A stretch of DNA of 64,000 bases from Chrysomallon squamiferum. Taxonomy: Eukaryota; Animalia; Mollusca. Position 1 is the stretch's first letter. Each line of letters begins with the position of its first letter. This document shows, piece after piece, positions 51,493 to 64,000 of this stretch. Position numbers and translations under genes: made by a program. The stretch covers positions 9,052,001-9,116,000 of the forward strand of contig CM022671.1 in assembly GCA_012295275.1 (NCBI GenBank). Reading direction: 5' to 3'. A model generated the notes under the pieces. It made no database searches and had not been told where the DNA came from. It worked only from the letters and a program-made list of their open reading frames with translations.

Positions 51493-52539
51493 TCTGTGGA
51501 CAATGCATACAGATGATAACATGGAAAGTATCAGAGACAAAGGTGTTTAATACAATGTGCTATATAACTCTCTGATAAGTTCTTTACCAACAGTCTGGCT
51601 ACTATTGTCTAATGACATTTGGTTTTTTAAATATGATAAACATTGACAATACCAAAGCAGCATGTTGGATGAATGAAAAGATGAAACAATACAGTAGAAA
51701 CTTTATTACAATTCAGTATATTGTGACTACAAGTACAACAACAGTCAAAATCATGACCACTTTTGTAGTCAGTAAAAGCATCCAAGAGGTTATGCATTGG
51801 TATTCATATCACATTTTTTTACTTTGACTAAAGTAACCAGTTCATGTGTAGTATCATTTTGTATTACACACTGAAAATCTGGTACTCAATAAACTCTGTG
51901 ATGCCACAAGTAATTACAAATTATTTTGTTTTGATTCAGGCATCATTTTGTATTGATTTCTTTCTCTTTTTTTATTTACCCATTCAGCCATGTCACCATG
52001 GAAGTCTTTATGTATTTTCTGAAGTAAGAAAAACAAATCTATAATACCCTGTTAACAAATCAATCATGTATACATAATCAAATTTTCTAACTGGTTGAAG
52101 AATATTTCTGATGTTTTGCCCTGATATCTGATGTTGAAATTATCATTGATTTATTCTGCACTTACAATTTTTTTTCAAAAAATCAATTTTTGCTATTGTC
52201 AAATATCAAATATGATGTAGCAGTACATACATAATGTATGTATGTAACATTCACATACAAATACAGTCAACATGTTTACATATATGTTAGATTTTCAGTC
52301 TATGCTAACATTAATAATAATGAACATCAATATTTCATGAATTGAATTTCTTTCTACATTTTCACATCTTACAAATTATACAGATATTCATATTAATGAA
52401 TATTTAGATTTCATTAATTGAATTCATGTGATTTCTTTTTCATAACTTACAAAAGGTACATACATTGCTAATAATGAACATAATGATTTCTTTAACTGTA
52501 ACCATATTCTTTCTGCTTTATAATATTCCACAAAGACGT

Positions 52540-52800
52540 TTTAATTCTAAATATACTAAATATTATACTGGTTAATTCTGTATTCTATGTTATATATATT
52601 TTAATTCTAAATACTATGTATTATATGTTAATTATATATTTTACATATTTTAATTTTAAATACTGTGTATTATATTGGTTAATTCTATATTCTTTATTTT
52701 ACATATTTTAAATCTAAATACTATGAATTACATGGTTAATTCTATATTCTAAGTTTTACATATTTTAATTCTAAACGCTATGTATTATATGTTAAACCAT
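52540..52800. repeat. ~55-60-bp AT-rich minisatellite array (left arm)
   Basis: Unit approximately ttttaattctaaatactatgtattatatggttaattctatattc...tttacata, ~5 copies. Confidence 0.85.
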
Positions 52801-55800
52801 ACCAAGATCAATAGTAATGAACACAATAGTTTCTGTAATGAATCACTAATGTTTGGAATACAAAGAGATTCCAGTAACTGTTCTCTTCATATTTTCAAGC
52901 CATACTAACATTATCATTAATGAACCCAACAATTTCTCTAATTGAATACTCAAGTTTTCCACATTTTGTTAATTTACAAGACATGCTAACATTCTGGAAA
53001 TCCATTATTTCCAGGTCGGTTTACTAACCTAATTGATAACAAGATTTTACTAATTGTAACCCTTCCTACATTTTTAATATTTTCCAAATCATGCTATCAG
53101 AGAGTTTAATTTAACCTGATTACAAGTGTAGTGAAGAAAGAAGATGTTGAAACATTAACTCTGTGTCTTGTTGTCACAGAATCTCAGTCTAATGTGGACT
53201 GTTAAACTGACAGATGCTGGCCTCTCTCGTTGGTCTTCTAAAATGTCTGTTAAAGTTCTGAGTGATGCAGCCATCCACAGAATATTAATCAGCTCCTGGG
53301 AGTAAAGAATGTCTTTACAGATGTTCTCTAGAAATATTCTGTTCTGAATTCAACCTGTTGAGGTGAAATTAAAATAGATATGTCCTCAATGGATTCTATA
53401 ACAAATATATTATATAAAAAAAAAAAAAAAAAAAATGAAAGGGATACAGACTACAGGTCATCAGTTACAGTGTGTTTACCTAAGATTGGATGATACATAG
53501 TATAATCAGGTTCACCGTGTTTTTTCCCATTCTTGCCATTGCTGTATAACTGGAATACTATTTATTTGTTATTATTATTACCGTAAAAACTTCTTACTAA
53601 CATTAATTTAGATATCAGTCCCAAAAGAAACATGTATAAACTTTCACATATCTAAACAAGCTCGATTTGAACTCAAAACTGTTTATAAAGAAATGACTCA
53701 GATATGTTTGGTTACAGAAATTGTTTTAAGTATTAATTATTTAGATTTTTAATTACTGCTGGTTGATGATTCACAGAATGTTTGCATAATTCATGGCCAA
53801 ATTTGTTTACATGATTCACACTTGATCTGAAAATCCTTAAAACATATCAAAAATTTTTAATTATTAAATTTGCAAAGTCTTACAGAAATACATTTTTTAA
53901 AACAATTAAATCAATTGTTTTAACAAGTCTAGTAAAGATATGGAAATGAAACAAAATGATAGTAATTTGCATAAGATTTCCCTAGTGTATTTGCAATAAT
54001 AACAAGGAATAATTTAGCTTGACCAGGACAGAATTTATTATATTAAATGAACCAACTGTCTTACTGCATAATGCATCAGAGATATGTAGGAACAGTATAA
54101 TCATTTTGTTTAAAAAAATGTCTGACTAGTCACCAGTGAATTTTTTTTTGTTTTTTTTCTTTCTTGGTCACCCTTATATATCTGTGAAAAGTAATTCTGG
54201 AAACCACAAAACATGCTACAGTTTCTAAATGCAAGCATGCCAGTACAACTGTAGTATTTCAAACACGGGACTGTGTTCATGTTGTTCTGGAGTTAATGAC
54301 TCGCAACATTTGTCTGTGTATGTTTGGTTTGCTGATCATAGTTCTGAGGCAACTAGCCTCTATTGATTATACAAGTACTGCCGTTTCCATTGATCTTTTA
54401 CCATTATTTATTTTCAGCAATGAATGGTGGACTTCAGGGTTACTTCAGATTATCTGAACCATTTAAGCTGGGAATGCTTAGAGTCATACATAGCATAGCA
54501 TCATATCTATGATTAAAATCTTCAAAGTTATAGGTGTAGATCAATATTTGGTAGTAATTAAAGATTTTAATAATTAATGGCTTCAGACCAATATAGAATC
54601 ATAACTGAAGTCTTCAAAATTATATCTTCCAATGCAACAAAGATCTGTGAATAAAACTAGCAAACCAATATGGATCCATGATTAAGTTTCATTAATTAAT
54701 TATCATCACAACCAAAACAGATACAAGAATGATTTTTAAAATATTTCTTCAGAATTATAACCTTCATCCTATACAGATACTTTAGTAATTTTATGAAAAT
54801 ATTGCAGGTATATACAAACATGGATCCTGCTTAAAATCTTGAATTGCCATATCTATAAAATTCTGCACCATTTCCAGTTAACATGATACACTATTCAGTT
54901 AGCATCACACTGAACAGTTTTGTTCTCTCAACCTTACACTGTCCTTCAGCTATGTCCTCTTGTAAACAATTAATACTAACTGATTGATCATTAGTGCCAC
55001 AGTGCTGCAGTTGCATAATCAACATTCTTAATTTCAAATTCTCAGTGTAATTAGATTTATTTCCTGCATTTTCTTCTGTTAATGAATTGGAGTTGCGGGA
55101 CTCATCTGTATTCGGGCTGAAATTTGTATTTTTGTTTACCATTTCCAACTCACATATACTCACACACACACACACACATTTTTTACACACACATTACACA
55201 TATAATAAACATACAACGCCTGCAGACAAATACATGTATATATACATGCATACATTATATTTTATACCAGCACCAAAACATATATAAAACATGACATTTT
55301 TGATACATACATAAATACAAACATACATACATACATATATATATATATATATTCATTACTTTAATTTTTAAGCAGATACTAAAGCATACACAAAATAAAA
55401 CATTTTTGATTGATAGTGTTTTTGTCATATACCAGCTACTACGTGATGATCTATCAGTATTTACTTGACATTGTCTTATTACATTACTTTATTTTTATTA
55501 TTATTAGTTTTTTAATAGGCAAGAAACAATCTCTTGTTTCCTTTTTCATATAATTTTCACTACTTCTTGTTGCAACAAGACATTTCATTTTTATTATAAC
55601 AATCATTCAAATTATAGCAGTATTATTGATGTATTTGTAGATAACCATTTACCAGTATTTATTTGACATTTTCTTACTGCTACCAGTTTTTCACATCAGT
55701 ATATTTCAAAATTAAGCTGGTGACACTGTTGTTTTTCTTTTTCATATTTTACCATTTCAAGCCAAAACCACTGACAATAACACCAAATCCTTTACATTTT

Positions 55801-56319
55801 GAAACAAACTGCCTTACAGAACTGTAATGGCTTGTACCATGCACATACTGAAATAGTTACCTGTGATTAGCATTTTCATATATTTAATTAATTAATCACA
55901 GAATGTCATCACAATCAGTTTCTGAGTTCTGTGTGCTTGCGACTGTTATGGATTTCACTTATTTATGGTGCTGGCAACATGATGCAACTGGAAACATTTT
56001 CTCTTGGAATACTCTTGTTCTTATTGATTGAATTCACAGAGAATTTCTGCCTTGTTGAAGCAGACATTGTGTCAAATTCCTCCTGGATGGCTTGTGATCA
56101 GTCATTCTAATTGATTCACCTTCTTATACGTGTTACCAACATGGACTAGATGACCACACAGTTAACTGGTCAGTTCTTGTCGTGCTGTAGAGTTGTCATG
56201 ACATGCAGCTGGAGGGACTCGTATAAATGTCATCTGTAATGTAAGACAGTGTTGTCAAAGAAAAGGTAATGTATATATTACATATGGTAGGGAATTAACC
56301 AGTGTGATTCATTTTGTAA

Positions 56320-56890
56320 TAAGAATTAAAATGTGTTTTAAACAGAATACACAATTTACTGGCATTATACGGTTCTTATAATTATGTGTAGTACACAGAG
56401 TACAGTTTTAGTATGTAATACATATAAAGAACTAAAATATGTAAGAGAATGCAGAATAAAAACAAAATACATAGAATTTAGAATTGAACTGTGTAATAGA
56501 AAATATTATTTACTTGTGATACATATTATTTAGAATTAAAATGGATAATAAATAGAATATAGGATTAAAATGTGGTATATTTGTACTGGAATTAAAATGT
56601 GTAATACATAGAATATAGCATTAATATGTAATACATAGTATTTAGAATTAAAATTGGTAATAAATAGAATAGGATTAACATGTAATACATAATATTACAT
56701 GTAACACCTGTAATGTATAGTATTTAGAATTAAATTGTGTATTACACGGAATATAGAACTGACATATAAAATATAGTATTTAGAATTAAATTGTATAATA
56801 CATAGAATATAGGATTAACATGTAATGTCTAGTATTTAAAATTTAAAATGGGGTAATACACAGAATATAGAATTAACCAGTGGTATGCAT
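56320..56890. repeat. Same minisatellite family in inverted orientation (right arm)
   Basis: Unit approximately gaatatagaattaacatgtaatacatagtatttagaattaaaat, the reverse complement of the 52540-52800 unit. Confidence 0.85.
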
Positions 56891-58871
56891 AGTAAAGAAA
56901 CTTCATACATTAATGATAAATCATTTCATAAATGGTGAAATGTTGTTCAAAATATTGTACATTAATGATAATAATAAATATTTTATGTCAAATATTGCAC
57001 TTAATATTATAAAATAATGAAAATGTTTTATGTAAATACTGTACATACTGATAAGTAGAGTAAATATTGTACAAATATCAAAATTGATGAAATATTTCAT
57101 AATACATGAAATGATAATAATTTGTGATGTAATGAATAGAAATGATAAATTGTGGAATGTTAGACATCATTAACAGTTAATTATTCACAGCTGATTCATT
57201 TTTGTATGACAAAGATAATTCATACAATTCTTTGATTCTTTTTTTCATTACAACAAATTTAGCCCCTAAATAGTATACAATCTTGATAGTCTGCTGCATG
57301 AGTTACCATTAATTAAAAATATTGTATCTGCCTCTTGATGCTATTTTAAACTTTTGATCATTTTATTTCAGGTTTTATTGTCGTATTGCTTTTAATGTTT
57401 TCTTTCAACTGTTTTTATCTCCAAACTGCTCTATAATAAGGTGTTAATAGAAAGATTTTATCAATAAATGGCACTACAATTTTCTTTCTATTAAAAGGTA
57501 TCATCAAAATACACTTCAGTTTATCTTCGTCATTGCACTTCATGTTTTTATTTTATGATATAGCCAAATTGCCCTTGAGTTTATTTCAAGATTTCACCTG
57601 ATTGCCCTAAACATCTAATGTCTGTTTAACAATTTTATGACTAGAAGACATACAAATTTCAGACTTTATAATTTAATCACTTCGTTGGGAGTCTTTACTT
57701 AAAAATTGATTTACCTTAATATAGTGTCTCTCAGTGTCTATTTAATAACTGTCTATCTTGGGATTTTATCATTGCAACACACTAACATGTTGGTCTTTGA
57801 TTTCAGATTTCATTATGCACTTAATAAAATTATGCTCCACACTGTAATGGAAAAATGAATTTCTAGAATATCTTCACCATATGGAATAAGATTATTTATT
57901 ACACCTAATAATAACAGGCACTCTCTTGTTGGGCTGTAAATTTGAACATTAACAGTATAAATATCTAGTTGCAGACACTATTCTTTGGCAAATTCAGACA
58001 TTATTCCAATAAAATAATATTCATGTTATATCACATTTCATGGTGCCCATGACCAGGCATACTTGAAAATATATTTTTGATGAAAACAAATGAAAAAAGC
58101 TTCCATACACTGTCTTATAAAATGTTCTGTTTTTAATGGTTTTCTGGTCAGTTGCTATGTCAACAGATAAAATGGGAGATTTGGCTGAAAGATAATTGAA
58201 TTCTTGTTTTGGCAGCCATATTGGCAGTGTGGATTGAACTGATTGCCTTTTCAATATAATTTATACTTGTGAAAATATATTTGTTTTTTAATTCATTGTA
58301 AATTGTTATAAACAATACTTTCTAGGTTAACATCTTAGTATCCAAATTTACAGTTTGATGATTTACAAAAATATTTTTTTTTCTTCTGTATACCATTATT
58401 TTATTTCATTGAATAAATGTAATCTTAAAATTAACAAAAATACTAATATTTTTGTATTCTTCAGCAATTATCACAATTTTAGTTGAGTTCATTAACATTC
58501 ATTAAACAGTAATGACAGAGCTTGCTTTTGTCTTTCTTCCCATAATCAGCAACATGGTGGAAATTAACTGCACTCATTTGGAGTTATGCTTCCTTGCTTT
58601 TCCTTACAAAAGACGTAAATCCCATTAATTAATTATATAGATTATTTTAACCGGCTTCTTACAGTGAACTGACCTGTTTGCTAAAGCAGCTTATCTACCC
58701 TGGCAGAAAGCAGATTGGAATGTCGTTGTTACTGATGGATTATGGCTTAAAGTTAAGTCAGAGAGAGACTGTTCCCTGGCAGGCTGGCATGCCATGTCTC
58801 ATTTTTAATTAAACTCACAAAAGGAAATAGTTTGCAGTTTTGTCATCAATACTGGAAAACAAGTGTCAAGA

Positions 58872-58873
<2 letters not shown>

Positions 58874-58961
<88 letters not shown>

Positions 58962-59140
58962 AAGAAGAAATACAACAACAACAACATCAATAAAGAGAAG
59001 AAAAAGAACAACAAGAACAATAACATTAACAATACTACTACTGCTGCTACTACTACTACTACTACTACTACTACTGTTAATAATAATAATAATAAATAAT
59101 AGTAATAATAGTAACAACAACAACAGTGACAGTAATAATA
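58874..59140. repeat. Compound trinucleotide microsatellite (TAA)(GAA)(CAA)(CTA)
   Basis: Direct inspection; it explains the homopolymer ORFs in the track. Confidence 0.95.
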
Positions 59141-59837
59141 ATTAAATAAAAAAGAATATGTTATCTTGAGGGCAGAGTATGTTTTGTAATTTTGAAAATT
59201 ATTTGTCATTAAAGTGAAAAATCTGTAATATCTTTTAGCATTTTCTTCAGCTTTGATGCTTGAAGGAAGGATTGAAGTTTAAATTGGATTAGGTTGATGA
59301 TTTAATTCGATTTAGCTTGAGATTTAACAGTATCAGCTTAATAAATTTATCTGGTTTAATAGAACATTAAATTGGATTTTGGGCTGAATATTAAACTGAA
59401 TTAAATTCAAATACTTAATACAAATTCCATCAAATGAGTACAGTTCGGGCAAATATTATATGATCATGATATAAATGTTCAGATTAAATTAAAATGGATT
59501 AAATGTCCCATGAAAGCCACAGTTGTCAGTTGTTTATTTTTCTATTGTAGGAACCAGTTTAAATGTCAATTTGTGAAAAGCTAGTGCTGACTTTTCTATT
59601 TGAAAATTTCTACATTTTGTTTGCAAAAAGATAATCCAACACAACAAACTTCTGTCCTCAAAATATGTTATATTATAATTAACAACTTTGTAAACCTACT
59701 TTTATACTGAACAAATTATAACTGTTACTACTGTGGTTGTTATTGTTATAATTTATCTGTTAAATTTCCATTTTATAATCATTTGGATAAACCTATCAGT
59801 TGTCAAAAGTGTTGAAATTTGTAGTGTTCATATATAT

Positions 59838-59838
<1 letters not shown>

Positions 59839-59876
<38 letters not shown>
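59839..59876. repeat. (CA)n microsatellite
   Basis: Perfect CA run. Confidence 0.95.
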
Positions 59877-59878
<2 letters not shown>

Positions 59879-60971
59879 TATTACTATTATTATATTAAAA
59901 AAAATTAAATTCACTATCATTTGTCATCTTCTAGCAGCCAGTTATTTTTTAATACACCTATTCATACACAGGGAAATCTAAATCACAGTTTATAATACCG
60001 GAAGTAACGGTTGGAGCTCTAAAGAGTCCACTAAGGACAGTTGATCCTGAAACCCATTAATTCTTAATCAAGTAATCCATCACTATTGATGTTTTGTATT
60101 TAATATCATATCAAAAAATAATTAACTGTTTTATTTTACCGAAATAATTTTTATATGTTTTTAATATAAGCAATGCTGTTGTATAAAGAAGAAACTGAAG
60201 AAAAAAAAATCAAGTTAATTTTGTTCTGTCTCTGGGAATGCTGGTCACAGTGATACTGCAGAGCAAGAATTAATAGATCATTTTAATGGATAACATTTTT
60301 TCTAGCTAGCTTCAGCACTAATACTGCCACTGATAAAGCTTGCAACAACAAATCCAAAAAAAAAAAGGAAAAAAAAAGAAAAAGAAAATGTAATGATTTT
60401 GAAGGCTTGCAAAACACTAACAAACAAAATATAGCCAGTATATCAGTCAAAGAAAAAGATAATAAGCTGTTCTGTGGTTAAAAAAAAATAAAAATAAAAT
60501 ACCATTATTAAGTTGTTACAAAGATTTAGAATCAAATAAAAAATATCCCTTTCAGGATTGTATCATTTTGAAAAAACGAAAAAAAACGTTTCCAGTAAGA
60601 AATTCTGAAGCAGCAAAGTAGTTAAGATTTTCAGTTTTGGTTTGAACAATGTTGAATTATGATGAAGTGCTGAAATGAATGGACTTCATATGGATTCTTT
60701 CAAAAATCAAGTTCACCTATTTTCAATATCTATCTATATATATATATATATATAAGATTAATTAATAAAATAAAAATCTCCAGAAATGTTTAAAAAGTAA
60801 CCATTATAAGTTATGTATTTTTATTATCTGCTTTCAGGATTACCAATGAGACCCTATGTCTGAGTATTCTTTGTGCTAGGAGGATTCAGCTGCAGAGATC
60901 AGCAGTTTGCAGGATCAAATCTGGTCCTTGTTCTTAATAACTTACATTGTGTCCATCACAACTCAAACAAT

Positions 60972-63272
60972 ATGTCATCCTTCACAAACTTCCGTGATAA
61001 CTTCTCCTCTGGAATGAACTTCCTGAAACGCAGGTTCAGCTCAGGTGACCTCCAGGGGGAGCTCAGAGATGATTTCATTCCACCTGCCAATGTCAGGAAA
61101 GGACCGTCACCAAGTGCTCCAAGCTCACCATCCAAGTCTTCAGCTCCAGGAATAGGCAGAACCTTCTCTTCCACTGTGAAGCCATCTTATAACAAGGAAA
61201 GATGCAGAACACTTCTTGTAATAGATGACCACCATACAGACTGGTCAGTATTGGTCATTTTCACACTTCTCTTTCTTCCTTACAGGACAGAATTTACATA
61301 TCTTCTTCTCCTTACAGTCTGTTACTTTTTAATTCATTTTTCTTCTCCAGCATTTCTAACTCTTATTACTACTGATATCATTTATTTATTATTATTTTTT
61401 TGTTGTATTCAATTTTCATTTATTTTTTTTAATCTATAACATCACAGAAGTTTCTGTGCACTGTACATAAAAGACAAAAAAAAAAAAATAGACTGATCCT
61501 TATTTCATGAGATGTCTTAGTCATTAAAAACATTAAGTCAGTATCTCAGTTTATGCTTTCCTTACCTTTTATTTGTTTATCAACATTAATGGTCTCATCA
61601 CTGTAACACTGATGTCTAACCAGAAACCATGTTTGTAGAAACAAATACTGTAATAGTGTCTGTCAGTTACTGGATGCTTCATTTCAAAGATGGATGAAAA
61701 TTAATTTCCTTATAAAGTATTTTTTTAGTCTGAAGTAGAACAAGATATGTGTTTCTAGACATATTCACAGAAAACTGGAATTAAATAAACTTATATGTTT
61801 AAATTAATATTATAGAAATGTCATGACCAAATATGCATGGATCATCTGCAAAAATTAGGACACTAAATGCCCAAATTTGGAGATTACAAGCCAAAATATT
61901 TTTGTATCAGATGTCAAAACATGGAAATCTGTTTCCAAAATGTTTATTTATCTGGACCTCTTCTTTTTTTTCTTGTGAAATACTGTGTCTGAAACTGTCT
62001 CAGTTTTCAATGGAGAAAACTTTCTTAAAATGAAGGAGAAAATCTCTTGCTTACGTAGTCAGAAAATGCATTAATTTTCAGTCAGATTTCTTCATGATGC
62101 TTGCATTGTCATAAAAGTAAGCTTTGCTTTTTCCTTCTATTACATCTTCATTAGCTTTGTTTTTACTTCTTTTTTAGAAATAAAATAAAATTGTTAAAAA
62201 TTCCATGGTACTTTCACTTATTATCCAGTAAAAGCATTAGCTAACAAACAAGAAACATTACAATAGATCAAACAACAAACAAGTATAAATCTATATTTGC
62301 AGCTTTCATAAAGTGCTTTGAATCCATTACTAGTCAAAAACCAGAAATATTTTAACAAAGGCATTATGTAAGAGATTTATTAACATAGTTTCAAAAAAGA
62401 AAAAAGAAAAACTAAATTGATAAGTGAAAAAAAAGAAGAAAATGTTTATATGTCTACTGACTTAAGTACTTGTTAGTACTTTTATCTTTCCCTGAACACC
62501 AAAAATCCCTCAGACAAATCATATTTGAAGAAGCACAAAAGCTGACAAAGGACTTGATTTACAAGTATTTTATTTCTAGTCTGCCTCAGTGAAGGAGAAT
62601 GAAAACTATAAAAGGAGAGGATTATAAGAGCAAGAAAAAAAATGGAAAATATTTTATTATATTTCTGGGTGTTTTTTTTTTAAAAATAATTAATAATATT
62701 GTTCAATAATTTTTTTGCAAAGTTTCTACTGTCTATAACTATTTTTCAAGCTAAAAATGTATATTAAAAAACCCACAAAATAATATAACATTTTTTAAAA
62801 ATTGTTCTTCAAAGCCAACTAAAGATCTTTAGTTTTTTATATATAATAGTAATCATTATGTAAAAACAGACCTGTTGTAATGATAACAAAAAATTATGAC
62901 TTATCTCTAGAGAAACAATTCCTTTCTTCTGAAGAATAATTTAAGCATTCATTATTAAACCATACGAAATGCAGTTACATTTATTTCCTGGTTATTTTAG
63001 GTAATATGGTCTCTGATGAACCAACCAGGAAGAATGCAACAATGATTGGCATTAAACAGCAAATGTGTACATTGGTGAATTCTAATTATTTTAATAATCA
63101 TACAGTTAATCATTAATAATATTCCTATTACCTACCTTATACATTCTGTGTCACAGAGGACAAATGTATATTACTTTTAAAATCTGTAATTAAATAATTT
63201 ATTTTTTCTTACAGGACAAAATATTTTAGGGGTAAAAAGATCTTTGGAGACTGGGATATACGTGTTGAACAG
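60972..63272 (+). CDS. SYN: Synapsin, 5' partial (first two coding exons; gene continues beyond the window)
   Basis: Exons 60972-61243 and 63215-63272. Domain A MNFLKRRFSSGDLQGE with the PKA site, domain B PSPSAPSSP, and the start of domain C LLVIDDHHTDW|TKYFRGKKIFGDWDIRVEQ. Confidence 0.96.
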
Positions 63273-64000
63273 GTGAGGATTATTTGATGTGTTATTTTTT
63301 TGTATTTTTTCTTTTTGTGATCTGCTTGGTGTGATCACCACCATGCATGTTTGATCACAGAGAAGGCTTTTTTGTTTCTTGCAAAATATTGTTTAATCTT
63401 TCACACTTTTATTTTGCTAACACACCATCAATTCCTTTTGATTACAAAATATATATTCTTTAATACTGTTCAGCCTTTTCATTGAAGATAAATTTTATTT
63501 ATTTAATTTTTAAATGTTTTTTTTTGTATTATTATTCTTTTCTTTCCATTTAAATTTTGCTGATACTTCAACTCTCCAAACCACTGATATAAGAGGATAT
63601 TAAAATGAAAACTAGAAAGGGTTAACAGACATAATTATCTTTAATAAATACTCAGGACAAAGTCTGCCAAGCTTGTAGGTTCCAGTAATTTCAATCATAA
63701 TGTGTCAACACTAAAGAAGAATTGTTTGTCAGAAAAGTGAACCAGAATCATGTGATAAAGGGACTTCTGAGATACACAACACCCACAGGTCATTGCCACA
63801 CACTGTGTTGGTGGTTTCCTTAAACAGTATACAAGGGAGAGAAAATTACTGTCTGCACAACAAGACAGATCATTTCAGAGGGTGAATGTCTGGTTAATGG
63901 AATGATAAAGAAGTTTGGAAAAACTCTGCAATTTATTAACACAGATTTCTTGTTTGCTTTGGTTACTATCAAGTTTTTTTGTTTGTCTGAAATTGTGGTC

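Noticed and set aside
51302-56890. CRISPR-like arrays
   Set aside because: The repeats are head-to-tail with no unique spacers, the context is eukaryotic, and there are no cas genes.
58805-59209. Poly-L/I/N/K/R ORFs
   Set aside because: Produced by the compound trinucleotide microsatellite.
4579-63272. LLPH and synapsin as a 'memory gene cluster'
   Set aside because: They are 55 kb apart with seven unrelated genes between them; no evidence beyond coincidence.
61244-64000. TIMP gene nested in a synapsin intron, as in flies and vertebrates
   Set aside because: No TIMP motif (CxC..HPQ) seen; the relevant intron would lie beyond this window.

Overview
AT-rich, intron-containing animal genomic DNA with many microsatellites. 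It is most likely a mollusc, judging from the synapsin N-terminus and the LLPH sequence (inference). Ten protein-coding loci were assembled by hand from GT-AG splice sites with consistent phase: a RING-HC protein (-), LLPH (+), ACTR8/Arp8 (-), TRABD (-), an LRR plus ADP-ribosylglycohydrolase (ARH) fusion (+), an intronless arylamine N-acetyltransferase (-), an intronless LRR type-I membrane receptor (-), a very divergent class A GPCR (+), a ninjurin carrying a 1-nt frameshift (+), and the 5' part of synapsin (+). There is also a decayed MULE-type transposon and a foldback-like pair of inverted minisatellite arrays upstream of the first synapsin coding exon. The strongest novelty candidate is the intact 660-aa LRR-ARH protein. 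Its metal-binding catalytic aspartates are replaced (TDD->TGN, DSD->DSN), which suggests a pseudoenzyme that senses ADP-ribose. It sits at the start of a block of defence- or sensing-type genes. All family assignments come from motif recognition; no database search was run.
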